Shown here one piece after another: positions 17,183 to 26,426 of a stretch of DNA of 34,969 nucleotides. Under the pieces are notes generated by a model that was not told where the DNA came from, made no database searches, and was given only the letters and a program-made list of their open reading frames with translations. Every line of letters begins with the position of its first letter. Position 1 is the first letter of the stretch. The DNA is taken from the IMG/VR virus record IMGVR_UViG_3300043184_000187, positions 1-34,969 of that record, one strand, 5' to 3'. The translations under genes were made by a program, and so were the position numbers. This DNA comes from a virus. Lineage: Duplodnaviria > Caudoviricetes.

Positions 17183-17482
17183 GGTCGTGGGGCGGTTGTC
17201 GTTCTTGCGGTCCCAACTGGTCGTGTCCTTCGGCTCGCCGACCGCCGCGAGGTAGTCGATCAGGTCTCCGGCGTTCCATGTGTCGCCCTCGACCGCGTCG
17301 TGCTCGTTCGGCCCGTCGCGGCCGTCCCGGTCGATCTCGAAGAGGCGGAAGCCGCCGGTGTTCGTCGTGTCGATCGCCCATGTGCGTCCGTCGGGGGTGT
17401 GGACCTCGACGCTGGCGACGGTGAAGCCCCGGCGGCCCAGGGCGTTGGCGATCCCGATGGCGTTCTTCGTGCTGGTCTTCAT
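17180..17482 (-). CDS. Hypothetical protein
   Basis: GGAG RBS before ATG 17482; first gene of reverse cassette. Confidence 0.65.
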   Translation of the reverse strand: MKTSTKNAIGIANALGRRGFTVASVEVHTPDGRTWAIDTTNTGGFRLFEIDRDGRDGPNEHDAVEGDTWNAGDLIDYLAAVGEPKDTTSWDRKNDNRPTT

Positions 17483-17595
17483 CGCGTGGTTCTCCGTCGC
17501 GGGGTTCCGCCCCGCGTTGTGACACATGAAGCCATGACATCCGCGCACCGGCAAGGCGAATGCGCGAGGATTCGCCGTCAATCTCGCCCTTGTGG

Positions 17596-17628
17596 GCAAC
17601 TACGCGGAACATGTGGGCAAGTGGCGAA
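17596..17628 (-). promoter_or_regulatory. Conserved bipartite motif copy 4 (minus strand variant)
   Basis: Minus strand reads TTCGCCAC-N15-GCGTAGTTGC, pointing into the reverse cassette. Confidence 0.65.
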
Positions 17629-17652
17629 ACCGGCACGGATGGGAGGTCCGCG

Positions 17653-17898
17653 ATGACTCCCGAACACGCGCCTAGTTCCGGGTCGGTCGGGGCGGCGGGT
17701 ATGGCGCGGCTGAACCCCGCCGCGCTCCCCGTGGTGGACGCAGCCCGCGTGCTCACGCGGCTTGGTGGCAAGCCCGTCTCCGAAGCGATGCTCCGCGCCG
17801 ACATCGATGCGGGCGCACCGGCGAACGCCGACGGCACGCTCAACCTCGTCCATTACGCCGCATGGCTGGTGAAGGAGACGAGTGCAGGTGGCGATTGA
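17653..17898 (+). CDS. Putative terminase small subunit-like HTH protein
   Basis: GGAGG RBS; directly upstream of and overlapping terL; Nu1-like size and pattern ending LNLVHYAAWL. Confidence 0.6.
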   Translation: MTPEHAPSSGSVGAAGMARLNPAALPVVDAARVLTRLGGKPVSEAMLRADIDAGAPANADGTLNLVHYAAWLVKETSAGGD

Positions 17899-20173
17899 TC
17901 CGCGCAAACTCAAGCCCGGCGAACTCGCGCGGCTGCTCAACAGCACGCCGATGGGCGAGGTGGTCAGCGAGCGGCAGCTCCACCGTCATCGCACGCGAGC
18001 CGGGTTCCGCGTCGCGGCGGATGGGGATGCGGGCAAGGTCGATCTGTTCCGGTACGTCGCTTGGCTGGTGACCACGAGGCACGAGGCGCTCGCGGAGGCA
18101 GCTCGTCAGCCGGAGGGCCTGACCGGGTACGAGGCGATGAAGGAGCGGGCGCGGCTCCGCAACGCTGTGCTCTCGCTCTCAGGGCGGGACATCGGCGACC
18201 TGCCACCTGTCGTTGATCCGGCGAGGAAGGAGAGGGCGGCGCGGGACTTCCGGTACTTCTGCGACACCTACTTCGCGCAGACGTTTCACCTGCCGTGGTC
18301 GCCGGATCACCTGCGGGTAGTCGCCAAGATCGAGCAGGCGGTGCTCGATGGCGGGCTGTTTGCGATGGCCATGCCGCGCGGCAGCGGCAAGACCAGCCTG
18401 TGTGAGGTTGCGTGCCTCTGGGCGATGCTGTACGGGCACCGCGACTTCGTGGCGCTGATCGGCTCCGACGAGGAGCACGCGGCGGGGATGCTGGAGTCGA
18501 TCAAGGCGGAACTGGAAAACAGCGAGCTGCTCGCGGGCGAGTTCCCCGAGGTCTGCCACCCGATCCGCTCGCTGGAAGGCATCCACCAGCGGGCATCGGG
18601 GCAGCTCTACCAGGGGAAGCAGACGCACATCGGGTGGACAGCCCGAGAGATCGTGCTGCCGACGATCCCGGGCTCGCCGGGAGCGGGCGCCATCATCCGC
18701 GTGGCGGGCATCACCGGCCGCATCCGCGGCATGAAGCACAAGCGGGCGGATGGCACCTCGGCGCGGCCCTCGCTCGTGCTGATCGACGATCCGCAGACAG
18801 ACGAGAGCGCCCGGTCGCCATCACAGTGCGCCAACCGTGAGCGCATTCTGGCCGGCGCGATCCTGGGGCTGGCCGGGCCTGGGAAGAAGATCGCCGGGTT
18901 GATGACGCTGACGGTGGTCCGCCCTGACGATCTTGCCGACCGCATCCTTGACCGCGACAAGCACCCGCAGTGGCAGGGCGAGCGGACGAAGATGATGTAC
19001 GCCTTCCCCGTGCGGGAAGCGCTTTGGCATCGATATGCGGAGTTGCGTGCCGAGGGGCTGCGCCAAGAACGCGGTCTGGCGGACGCCACGGCGTTCTACG
19101 CCCAGCACCGAACGGCGATGGACGAGGGAGCGAGGATCGCCTGGCCGGACCGGTTCAACCACGACGAACTCTCGGCCGTGCAGCACGCGATGAACCTGAA
19201 GCTTCAGGACGAGGCGGCGTTCTTCGCGGAGTACCAGAACGAGCCGCTGCCCGAGGTGCAAGCGGCGGACGACCTGCTCACCGCCGACCAGATCGCGGCG
19301 AAGGTGAACGGGCAGGCCCGCGCCGAGGTGCCCATCGGCTGCACGCGCCTGACGATGTTCGTGGATGTGCAGGGGAAGGCCCTGTTCTACATCGTGGCGG
19401 CGTGGGAAGACGACTTCACCGGGTACATCATCGAGTACGGCACGGAGCCAGACCAGAAAGCGGCGTACTTCACGCTTCGAGACGTGCGCCGCACGCTCGG
19501 CATCGCCGCTCCCCGTGCTGGTGTGGAGGGCGCGATCTATGCGGGGCTGGAACGGCTCGTAGCGTCGCACCTGACCCGCGAGTGGCGGCGTGATGACGGC
19601 GCGATGGTGCGCATCGACCGCTGCCTGATCGACGCCAACTGGGGTTTGTCCACGGACGTGGTCTATCAGTTCTGCCGCCAGAGTCCGCACGCGGGCGTGC
19701 TCATGCCGAGCCACGGACGGTACGTCGGGGCGTCGAGCATCCCGTTCAGCGACTACAAGCGGAAGCGCGGCGACCGCGTGGGTCTGAATTGGCGCATCCC
19801 GGTCGTCACCGGCAAGCGGGCCGTGCGACATGTGGTGTTCGACACGAACTATTGGAAGTCGTTCGCGCACTCGCGGCTCGCCGTACCCATGGGTGACCCC
19901 GGCTGTCTATCCCTCTTCGGACAGAAGGCTGAGCAGCACCGGCTGCTCGCCGAGCACCTGACCAGCGAGTATCGCGTTATGACCGAGGGTCGCGGTCGCA
20001 CCGTTGACGAGTGGAAGCTTCGCGTCGAAGGGCTGGACAACCACTGGCTCGATTGCCTCGTCGGGACGGCGGTAGCCGCATCGATGGAGGGAGCGGTGCT
20101 GTTCGGAACGGACACCCGAACCGCAGGCCGGCCACGGTTGAAACTCTCAGCGATCCAAGGAGGGCGACGCTGA
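17882..20173 (+). CDS. terL: Terminase large subunit, GpA-type nuclease domain
   Basis: MPRGSGKT Walker A, LVLIDDPQTD Walker B, FVDVQ and CLIDANWG nuclease acidic residues, DNHWLDC; start 17882 or 17888. Confidence 0.9.
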   Translation: MQVAIDPRKLKPGELARLLNSTPMGEVVSERQLHRHRTRAGFRVAADGDAGKVDLFRYVAWLVTTRHEALAEAARQPEGLTGYEAMKERARLRNAVLSLSGRDIGDLPPVVDPARKERAARDFRYFCDTYFAQTFHLPWSPDHLRVVAKIEQAVLDGGLFAMAMPRGSGKTSLCEVACLWAMLYGHRDFVALIGSDEEHAAGMLESIKAELENSELLAGEFPEVCHPIRSLEGIHQRASGQLYQGKQTHIGWTAREIVLPTIPGSPGAGAIIRVAGITGRIRGMKHKRADGTSARPSLVLIDDPQTDESARSPSQCANRERILAGAILGLAGPGKKIAGLMTLTVVRPDDLADRILDRDKHPQWQGERTKMMYAFPVREALWHRYAELRAEGLRQERGLADATAFYAQHRTAMDEGARIAWPDRFNHDELSAVQHAMNLKLQDEAAFFAEYQNEPLPEVQAADDLLTADQIAAKVNGQARAEVPIGCTRLTMFVDVQGKALFYIVAAWEDDFTGYIIEYGTEPDQKAAYFTLRDVRRTLGIAAPRAGVEGAIYAGLERLVASHLTREWRRDDGAMVRIDRCLIDANWGLSTDVVYQFCRQSPHAGVLMPSHGRYVGASSIPFSDYKRKRGDRVGLNWRIPVVTGKRAVRHVVFDTNYWKSFAHSRLAVPMGDPGCLSLFGQKAEQHRLLAEHLTSEYRVMTEGRGRTVDEWKLRVEGLDNHWLDCLVGTAVAASMEGAVLFGTDTRTAGRPRLKLSAIQGGRR

Positions 20174-20364
20174 TGCCGCGAGTAAAGCGAGAATCGCAGT
20201 CGCCGGACGGCGAGAAGGTCGGCCTCGTCTGCCGGGGCTGCGGATGCCAGCACTTCCGCGTGGTATATGTGAAGCATCGACCCGGCGGCGTGGTGGTGCG
20301 TCGGCGGGAGTGCCGTCACTGCGGCAAATTGACCTTGACCCGCGAAACCCAAGTCGGCGGTTGA
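20173..20364 (+). CDS. Small zinc-ribbon protein (NrdR-N/Ogr-like)
   Basis: TGATG overlap; CRGCG...VRRRECRHCG...TRE. Confidence 0.75.
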   Translation: MPRVKRESQSPDGEKVGLVCRGCGCQHFRVVYVKHRPGGVVVRRRECRHCGKLTLTRETQVGG

Positions 20365-20388
20365 TCTATCGACCGATCTTCCGGTCCG

Positions 20389-20420
20389 TTCGCCACTCTG
20401 TCAGCGGTTCGCGTAGATGG
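20389..20420 (+). promoter_or_regulatory. Conserved bipartite motif copy 3
   Basis: TTCGCCAC-N14-GCGTAGATGG upstream of head/tail operon. Confidence 0.75.
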
Positions 20421-20457
20421 CCCGTAGACGCGGAGTATGCCGCGACTCGGAGCGATC

Positions 20458-20670
20458 ATGCCGGACCCCACCCCCGATCTTGAGCAAGCGATCCGCGACA
20501 ACGCGGCCGGTCCCGCCAAGGCTGCGGGCGACTCCGGCAGCGTTGAGCAGCATCCGATCCCGCACCAGATCGAGGCCGATCGGTACCTGGCGTCCAAGCA
20601 GGCGGCGAAATCGCCCGCGAAGGCGCTGCGCCTGACGCGGCTGATTCCCCCCGGCGCGGAGGGCGGATGA
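20458..20670 (+). CDS. Putative gpW-like head completion protein
   Basis: GGAG RBS; small ORF between terminase and portal, the gpW position in lambda-like phages. Confidence 0.55.
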   Translation: MPDPTPDLEQAIRDNAAGPAKAAGDSGSVEQHPIPHQIEADRYLASKQAAKSPAKALRLTRLIPPGAEGG

Positions 20671-22133
20671 TGCTCGGGCTCTTCCGATCCAAGCCAACGC
20701 CCCCCAAGCCTCACACCCATGTGAAGGGCGGGTTCATTCGCCGGTTCCTCCGGGCGGGGTTCGACTCCGCCGTCACCAACGACGGGAACCGGAAGCACTG
20801 GGCCAATGCCGACGGCCTGAGCGCCGACGCAGCGGCTTCTACCGAGGTGCGCCGCGTCCTCCGCAACCGCGCGCGGTACGAGGCAGCAAATAACTCCTAC
20901 GCCAAGGGCATCGTTCTGACGCTCGCCAACGATGTGGTGGGCACCGGCCCGCGCTTGCAACTGCTCACCGAGGACGATGGAGGCAACGAACGGATCGAGC
21001 AGGCGTTCATGGCGTGGGCCAAGGCGGTCGGCCTGCCCGAGAAGCTCCGAACCATGCGGGCGTCCCGCGCCACAGACGGCGAGGTGTTCGCGGTACTCGT
21101 GAGCAATCCGCTCCTGCCCACCCCCGTCAAGCTGGACATCCGTCTCGTCGAAGCAGATCAGGTCACGACGCCGGACCTGTCGATCCTCGACGACAGCGCC
21201 GTGGATGGCATCGTGTTCGACGATGCGGGCAACCCGTCGGAGTACCACATCCTCAAGGGCCACCCGGGGGACACCCGCACCGGCTTCCTGGGGATCGAGT
21301 ACGACCGCGTTCCCGCCGAAGCGGTCATCCACTATTTCCGTGCCGAGCGCCCGGGCCAAAGCCGGGGCGTGCCGGACATCACGCCGGCGCTCCCGCTCTT
21401 TGCGCAGTTGCGCCGCTTCACGCTCGCGGTGCTCGGCGCGGCTGAGACCGCCGCGGACTTCGCGGGCATCCTCTACACCGATGCGCCCGCGAACGGCGAG
21501 GCGGAGAGCGTCGAGCCGTTGGACGCCATCGAGCTCGAAGCTCGCTCACTGCTGACCATGCCGGGTGGTTGGAAGATGGCGCAGGTGCAGGCCGAGCAGC
21601 CCGCGACCACGTATGCCGAGTTCAAGCGCGAGATCCTCAATGAGATCGCCCGCTGCCTGAACATGCCGTTCAACGTCGCGGCGTGCAACTCCTCGGGGTA
21701 CAACTACGCCTCGGGCCGCCTAGACCACCAGACGTACTTCAAGAGCATCCGCGTCGAGCAGGACCACATGGCGTGCGTCGTGCTCGATCGCCTGCTCGCG
21801 GCCTGGCTCCGTGAGGCGGTGATCGTCTCCGGCCTGCTGCCCCTCCGCATCCGAACACTCGTCGCCACCGGCGAGGGGCTCGCGCACCAGTGGTTTTGGG
21901 ATGGGAACGAACACGTCGATCCCGCCAAGGAGGCGATGGCGCAGCAGACGCGGTTGTCGTCGCACACCACGACGCTGGCCAGCGAGTACGCCAAGCAGGG
22001 CCGCGACTGGGAGAGCGAGCTCCGCCAGCGCGCCAAGGAAGTCGCGCTGATGAAGGAGCTCGGACTGGTCGCCGAGCAAGTGCAGCCGCTCCAGCCGACG
22101 CCCGCGGGCGAGGAGGACGACCATGCCGAATGA
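20667..22133 (+). CDS. Phage portal protein, lambda family
   Basis: LRNRARYEAANNSYAKG, DGEVF, RPGQSRGVP, NYASGR, VDPAKE motifs. Confidence 0.92.
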   Translation: MMLGLFRSKPTPPKPHTHVKGGFIRRFLRAGFDSAVTNDGNRKHWANADGLSADAAASTEVRRVLRNRARYEAANNSYAKGIVLTLANDVVGTGPRLQLLTEDDGGNERIEQAFMAWAKAVGLPEKLRTMRASRATDGEVFAVLVSNPLLPTPVKLDIRLVEADQVTTPDLSILDDSAVDGIVFDDAGNPSEYHILKGHPGDTRTGFLGIEYDRVPAEAVIHYFRAERPGQSRGVPDITPALPLFAQLRRFTLAVLGAAETAADFAGILYTDAPANGEAESVEPLDAIELEARSLLTMPGGWKMAQVQAEQPATTYAEFKREILNEIARCLNMPFNVAACNSSGYNYASGRLDHQTYFKSIRVEQDHMACVVLDRLLAAWLREAVIVSGLLPLRIRTLVATGEGLAHQWFWDGNEHVDPAKEAMAQQTRLSSHTTTLASEYAKQGRDWESELRQRAKEVALMKELGLVAEQVQPLQPTPAGEEDDHAE

Positions 22134-24216
22134 GCGACTCCTGAATCTCTGCGCGCCCGTCGAAGGGTGGGTCGAAGCCGCCGCTACCGGCGATGCCAGC
22201 GCCCCGGCGCTCCGCCGGTTCTCCATGACGGCGTATACCGGCGGTCCCATGATGCTCGCGGGGTGGCCGCATCCGGTGGTGGTCGATCTGGCGGGCCTTC
22301 AGGTCGCGGGCGGGACGAAGAGTCGGCCCATCCTCAAAGACCACAATCGCTCCCTCATCGTCGGGCACACCGATGCGGTGCGTATCGAGGCCTCGCAGTT
22401 GCTGGTCTCCGGCGTCATCTCCGGCGCGGGACCCGTCGCGCGAGAGATCGTCGAAAGCAGCCGCAACGGGTTCCCGTGGCAGGCGTCGCTCGGCGCGATG
22501 GCGCAGCCGGGCGGGATGGAGTTCATTCCCAAAGGCAAGAAGGCGGCCGCCAACGGCCGCGAGTTCGAGGGACCGGTCCACATCGCCCGCCGCAGCGTGC
22601 TGGGCGAGGTGAGCTTCGTGGCCCTCGGTGCAGACGACAACACGACCGCGAGCGTCGCGGCGGCAGCGATCAAGGAGGACGACATGACGTTCGATCAGTG
22701 GCTCACCGCCAAGGGTTTCGATGCCGCCACGCTCAGCGACACCCAGAAGGCCAGCCTTCAGACGATGTTCGACGCGGAGCAGAAGGCGGACGCCGTCAGT
22801 GCAACCGCCGTGGAGACGGATTCTGGTGCCAACGACGTCATCGCGCGAATCCGCGCGGAGACCGCCACGGAGACCAAGCGCATCGCCGACGTGCGCCGCG
22901 TCTGCGCAGTCGGGGGTGGCAAGCACGCGGAGATCGAGGCGAAGGCAATCGCCGAGGGGTGGGACGTGACCAAGACCGAGCTCGCGGTGCTCCGCGCCGA
23001 GCGCCCGGCCCTGGCTTCGGGCGGGGTCCGCCGTGACGCGGACCCGGCCCAGGCGGGCCGTGCCATCGAAGCGGCGCTGTGCCTCTCGGCGGGCATCCCC
23101 GAAGACGCCGTCGCCAAGTGGTACGACCAGCGCACGATGAACGCCGCTGTGTCGGGCAATCTCAGCGGCGCGGGCATCCACAGCGTTCTGGCCTACGCGA
23201 TCGAGGCGGCGGGCGGATCGGCCCGCATGCACCGGGTGGACAATGAGTTCATCCAGACCGCGTTCGAAGCGAACAAAGTGCTGCGCCGGCAGGAGCGCGA
23301 GATCCGCGCATCGAGCGGGTTCACGACCATCTCGCTGTCGGGCATCCTCTCAAACGTCGCCAACAAGACCATGCTCGCCGCTTACACGGCCGTCGAGAGC
23401 GTCGTCGCCATGTTCTGCGCCGAGGCGGACGTAAGCGACTTCAAGGAGGTCACCCGTTACCGGCTCACCGGCACCGGCGTCTTCGAGAAGGTCGGCCCCG
23501 ACGGCGAGCTCAAGCACGCCGGGCTGTCCGAGCAGGCGTACACGAACAAGGTCGAGACGTTCGGCAAGATGTTCGCGCTGAACCGGCAGATGATGATCAA
23601 CGACGACCTGGGAGCGTTCCTCCAGATTCCGCGCATCATCGGCCGCATGTCCGCGCTCAAGCGCGAGGAGGCGGTGTTCGAGCTGCTGCTGTCGAACCCC
23701 GCCGCGTTCTTCAGCGTCGGCAACAAGAACTTCATCTCCGGCGCGGCCACGAACCTGAGCATCGACTCGCTCACGCAGGCCGAGCAGGCGTTCCTCGACC
23801 AGACGGACACCGACGGCAAGCCCATCCTGCTGATCCCGTCGGTGCTCCTCGTCCCGTCGGCGCTGAAGGTCACGGCCCAGGTGCTCATGACCGAAACGCG
23901 GATCAACGAGACGACCACGACGGACAAGGGCAAGCCCGCCGTTAACCCGCATGCGGGCAAGTGGAAGCCGGTCGCCAGCCCCTATCTCAACGCGCAGGGC
24001 CTGTCGGGCGGCAGCGCCAAGGCGTGGTACCTGTTCGCCAACCCGGCGGACGTGGCCGCGATCGAGATCGCATACCTGCGCGGCAAGCGCACCCCGACGA
24101 TCGAGAGCGGCGATACCGATTTCAACCAGCTCGGGATGCAGTGGCGCGGCTACTTCGACTTCGGAGTCGCCATGCAGGACTCCCGCGCGGCGGTCAAGAG
24201 CAAGGGTGAAGTCTGA
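22123..24216 (+). CDS. Prohead protease - major capsid protein fusion
   Basis: N-terminal protease motifs ILKDH, WQASLG, EVSFVALGAD; helical linker; capsid motifs VSDFK, ETFGKMFALNRQMMINDDLGAF, DFGV. Confidence 0.88.
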   Translation: MPNERLLNLCAPVEGWVEAAATGDASAPALRRFSMTAYTGGPMMLAGWPHPVVVDLAGLQVAGGTKSRPILKDHNRSLIVGHTDAVRIEASQLLVSGVISGAGPVAREIVESSRNGFPWQASLGAMAQPGGMEFIPKGKKAAANGREFEGPVHIARRSVLGEVSFVALGADDNTTASVAAAAIKEDDMTFDQWLTAKGFDAATLSDTQKASLQTMFDAEQKADAVSATAVETDSGANDVIARIRAETATETKRIADVRRVCAVGGGKHAEIEAKAIAEGWDVTKTELAVLRAERPALASGGVRRDADPAQAGRAIEAALCLSAGIPEDAVAKWYDQRTMNAAVSGNLSGAGIHSVLAYAIEAAGGSARMHRVDNEFIQTAFEANKVLRRQEREIRASSGFTTISLSGILSNVANKTMLAAYTAVESVVAMFCAEADVSDFKEVTRYRLTGTGVFEKVGPDGELKHAGLSEQAYTNKVETFGKMFALNRQMMINDDLGAFLQIPRIIGRMSALKREEAVFELLLSNPAAFFSVGNKNFISGAATNLSIDSLTQAEQAFLDQTDTDGKPILLIPSVLLVPSALKVTAQVLMTETRINETTTTDKGKPAVNPHAGKWKPVASPYLNAQGLSGGSAKAWYLFANPADVAAIEIAYLRGKRTPTIESGDTDFNQLGMQWRGYFDFGVAMQDSRAAVKSKGEV

Positions 24217-24629
24217 TGGCTGACGAAGTGCCGATCGGCAGCGGGACCGGCGGCGAGGTCGAACCCGGCGGTCCCGCAGGAGGTTCATTCATGCCAGCAA
24301 AGTTCATTCAGGATGGTGCAGCGCTCGATTACACCCCGGTCGCGGATACGCCCGCGGGCACGATCGTCGTGCAGAGCGAGTTGGTCGGGGTCACCCGAGT
24401 GGACCTCAAGGCGGGCCAACTCGGGTCGCTGGCGGTCACCGGCATCTTCGAGTTCCCCAAGGCCCTCGGCGTCGGCAGCGCGATTCCGATCGGGACGCTG
24501 ACGTACTGGGACGCCGGAGGTCAGGTCGCCACCAAGAACGCGGCTGCCGGGGCCAACAAGCTCATCGGCAAGTGCATCAAGACCACCGTGGACGCGGACA
24601 CGGTCGTTCGCGTGCGGATGTCGCAGTGA
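24216..24629 (+). CDS. DUF2190-family capsid cement/decoration protein
   Basis: FIQDGAALDYTP, G.LAVTGIFEFPK, YWDA, IGK; follows capsid gene; alternative start 24291. Confidence 0.8.
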   Translation: MADEVPIGSGTGGEVEPGGPAGGSFMPAKFIQDGAALDYTPVADTPAGTIVVQSELVGVTRVDLKAGQLGSLAVTGIFEFPKALGVGSAIPIGTLTYWDAGGQVATKNAAAGANKLIGKCIKTTVDADTVVRVRMSQ

Positions 24630-24641
24630 TCGGAGTCTTCG

Positions 24642-25025
24642 GTGGGCGACCTGCTCGATCAAGGCTCCGCGTTCCTGGATGACCAGCGGCATCGGCACAT
24701 GAGCCGGACCGTGGTCTACCGGCGGGGCGCGGCGGAGAAGGAGGTCCAGGCCACCATCGGCCGCACCGAGTTCGAGCAGGCCGACGACGCGGGGTTGATC
24801 CACCGGACGGAGTCACGGGACTTCCTGATCCGGACGGTGGACCTCGATCTTGGCTCTGGCCCGGTTCTCCCGCGGGCGGGCGACCAAGTGCGTGAGACGG
24901 CCGGGACGCAGGTGTTCGTGTACGAGGTCAACGCGCCGGGTGGGCAGCCGCCGTTCAGGTACAGCGATCCATACCGCAGGGTTCTTCGGATTCACACCAA
25001 GCACATCGCAACGGAGTCGGCATGA
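24642..25025 (+). CDS. Putative head-tail joining protein
   Basis: Position, size and beta-rich pattern (RDFLI...LPRAGDQV...YEV...RIHTK). Confidence 0.65.
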   Translation: MGDLLDQGSAFLDDQRHRHMSRTVVYRRGAAEKEVQATIGRTEFEQADDAGLIHRTESRDFLIRTVDLDLGSGPVLPRAGDQVRETAGTQVFVYEVNAPGGQPPFRYSDPYRRVLRIHTKHIATESA

Positions 25026-25291
25026 CGAGCGGGAACGGACAGAACGGAACGAAGGCCCGGTGGGCGGGCGTGCTCGTCACGATCATCCTCGCCGCTGGCG
25101 CGATGACGATCCAGTGGGGCGTGGTCACCACCAAGCTCCAGCAGGTCGAGAAGCGGCTCGACGAGTTCATCGGCGAGGCCCGCTCTATCCGCGCCGACTA
25201 CCAGTCGATGGAGCGCCGGGTGTCCTACCTCGAAGGCAAGGTTGCGGGCCTGAGCGCTGCGGCGGAAGCGGCGAGGGGAGGCCGTCCATGA
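25022..25291 (+). CDS. Small membrane protein with coiled coil (possible lysis-related)
   Basis: Hydrophobic WAGVLVTIILAAGAMTIQW then heptad segment; ATGA overlaps on both sides. Confidence 0.6.
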   Translation: MTSGNGQNGTKARWAGVLVTIILAAGAMTIQWGVVTTKLQQVEKRLDEFIGEARSIRADYQSMERRVSYLEGKVAGLSAAAEAARGGRP

Positions 25292-25719
25292 GCACCATCG
25301 CCGCCATCGCCGACGCCGTCGCCGCGCACATCAACGCGGGCACGTTCTCGCAGCCGGTCAATCCCGTACGGGTGTACCAGCCCGCGTTCACGCTGGAGGA
25401 CCTGGCGGACCTGCGGGTATCGGTCGTGCCGCGCACGGTCGGCATCACGGCCGCGAGCCGCGACAGCAGCACGTTCGAGTGCGTGGTGGATGTTGGCGTG
25501 CAGAAGAAGCTGCCCGCGGAAGCGGAGCAGGCCGAGATCGACGGGCTCCTCGATCTCGTGGAGGAGATCACCGATCACCTGCGGTTGAAGCGTCTGCCGA
25601 ATGCCCCGGAAGCGGCATGGGCGGGCATTTCACACGAGCCGGTGGTGTCGAGCGAGTCGCTCGAGCAGCACCGGGTGTTTACGAGCGTGCTCAGCGTCAC
25701 GTACAGGGTTCGGAGGTAG
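25288..25719 (+). CDS. Putative tail terminator/completion protein
   Basis: GGAGG RBS; position before tail tube; ends FTSVLSVTYRV. Confidence 0.65.
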   Translation: MSTIAAIADAVAAHINAGTFSQPVNPVRVYQPAFTLEDLADLRVSVVPRTVGITAASRDSSTFECVVDVGVQKKLPAEAEQAEIDGLLDLVEEITDHLRLKRLPNAPEAAWAGISHEPVVSSESLEQHRVFTSVLSVTYRVRR

Positions 25720-25721
25720 CC

Positions 25722-25979
25722 GTGCGGAATGTCATCGTCATCACGATCGACCTGGACAGCGCGGAAAAGCCGCTGTCAACGACGAAGCTTGTGGCGACGT
25801 TCACGCTCACGGCGTCGCACAAGAACACGCAGGACGCAACGCTGTCGGATGGCAAGGGCGGCGAGGTGCTGATGGCTCCGGGAACGCAGTACCCGTTCGA
25901 GCGGACCAACCTGGCGGACCTCCAGGTACGGAGCAAGGCGGGCGAGACCATGTACGTTGTCGGCCACACGGCCGGATAG
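25722..25979 (+). CDS. Hypothetical small beta-rich virion protein
   Basis: GGAGG RBS before GTG 25722. Confidence 0.6.
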   Translation: MRNVIVITIDLDSAEKPLSTTKLVATFTLTASHKNTQDATLSDGKGGEVLMAPGTQYPFERTNLADLQVRSKAGETMYVVGHTAG

Positions 25980-25994
25980 AGCAGGAGAACGACG

Positions 25995-26423
25995 ATGGCG
26001 ATCAAACTAGGCATGGAAGCGAAGCTGCTCTACAAGGTCGGCGGTCAGGCCGGCGGTGGAGCGTGGGTGGTCCTGGGCAACGCCCGGGATGTGACGCTGA
26101 ACCTCGAGGCAGGCGAAGCGGACGTGACGACCCGGGCCAACAGCGGCTGGCGGGCCACCGTCGCCACGCTCAAGGAGGCGAGCGTTGAGTTCGAGATGGT
26201 GTGGGACACGGCGGATGCCGGGTTCACTGCGATCAAGAACGCGTTCTTCGGCAATGACCCCATCGGCTTTCAGATCCTGGACGAGACCAGCGGACAGGGA
26301 CTCCAGGCGGACTTCTCTATCACCAACTTCTCGCGGAACGAGGCGCTGGAGGAGGCGATCACCGTGTCGGTCACCGCCAAGGTGACGTACTCGGCGACGG
26401 CGCCTTCATGGATCGGCGGCTGA
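25995..26423 (+). CDS. Major tail tube protein
   Basis: AGGAG RBS; DVTLNLEAGEADVTTRANSGWR...LKEASVEFEM, FSRNEALEEAITVSVT pattern. Confidence 0.8.
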   Translation: MAIKLGMEAKLLYKVGGQAGGGAWVVLGNARDVTLNLEAGEADVTTRANSGWRATVATLKEASVEFEMVWDTADAGFTAIKNAFFGNDPIGFQILDETSGQGLQADFSITNFSRNEALEEAITVSVTAKVTYSATAPSWIGG

Positions 26424-26426
26424 GTC

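Noticed and set aside
15476-17656. 726-aa plus-strand ORF
   Set aside because: Off-frame in the MTase and antisense to four minus-strand genes; Arg/Gly-rich shadow translation
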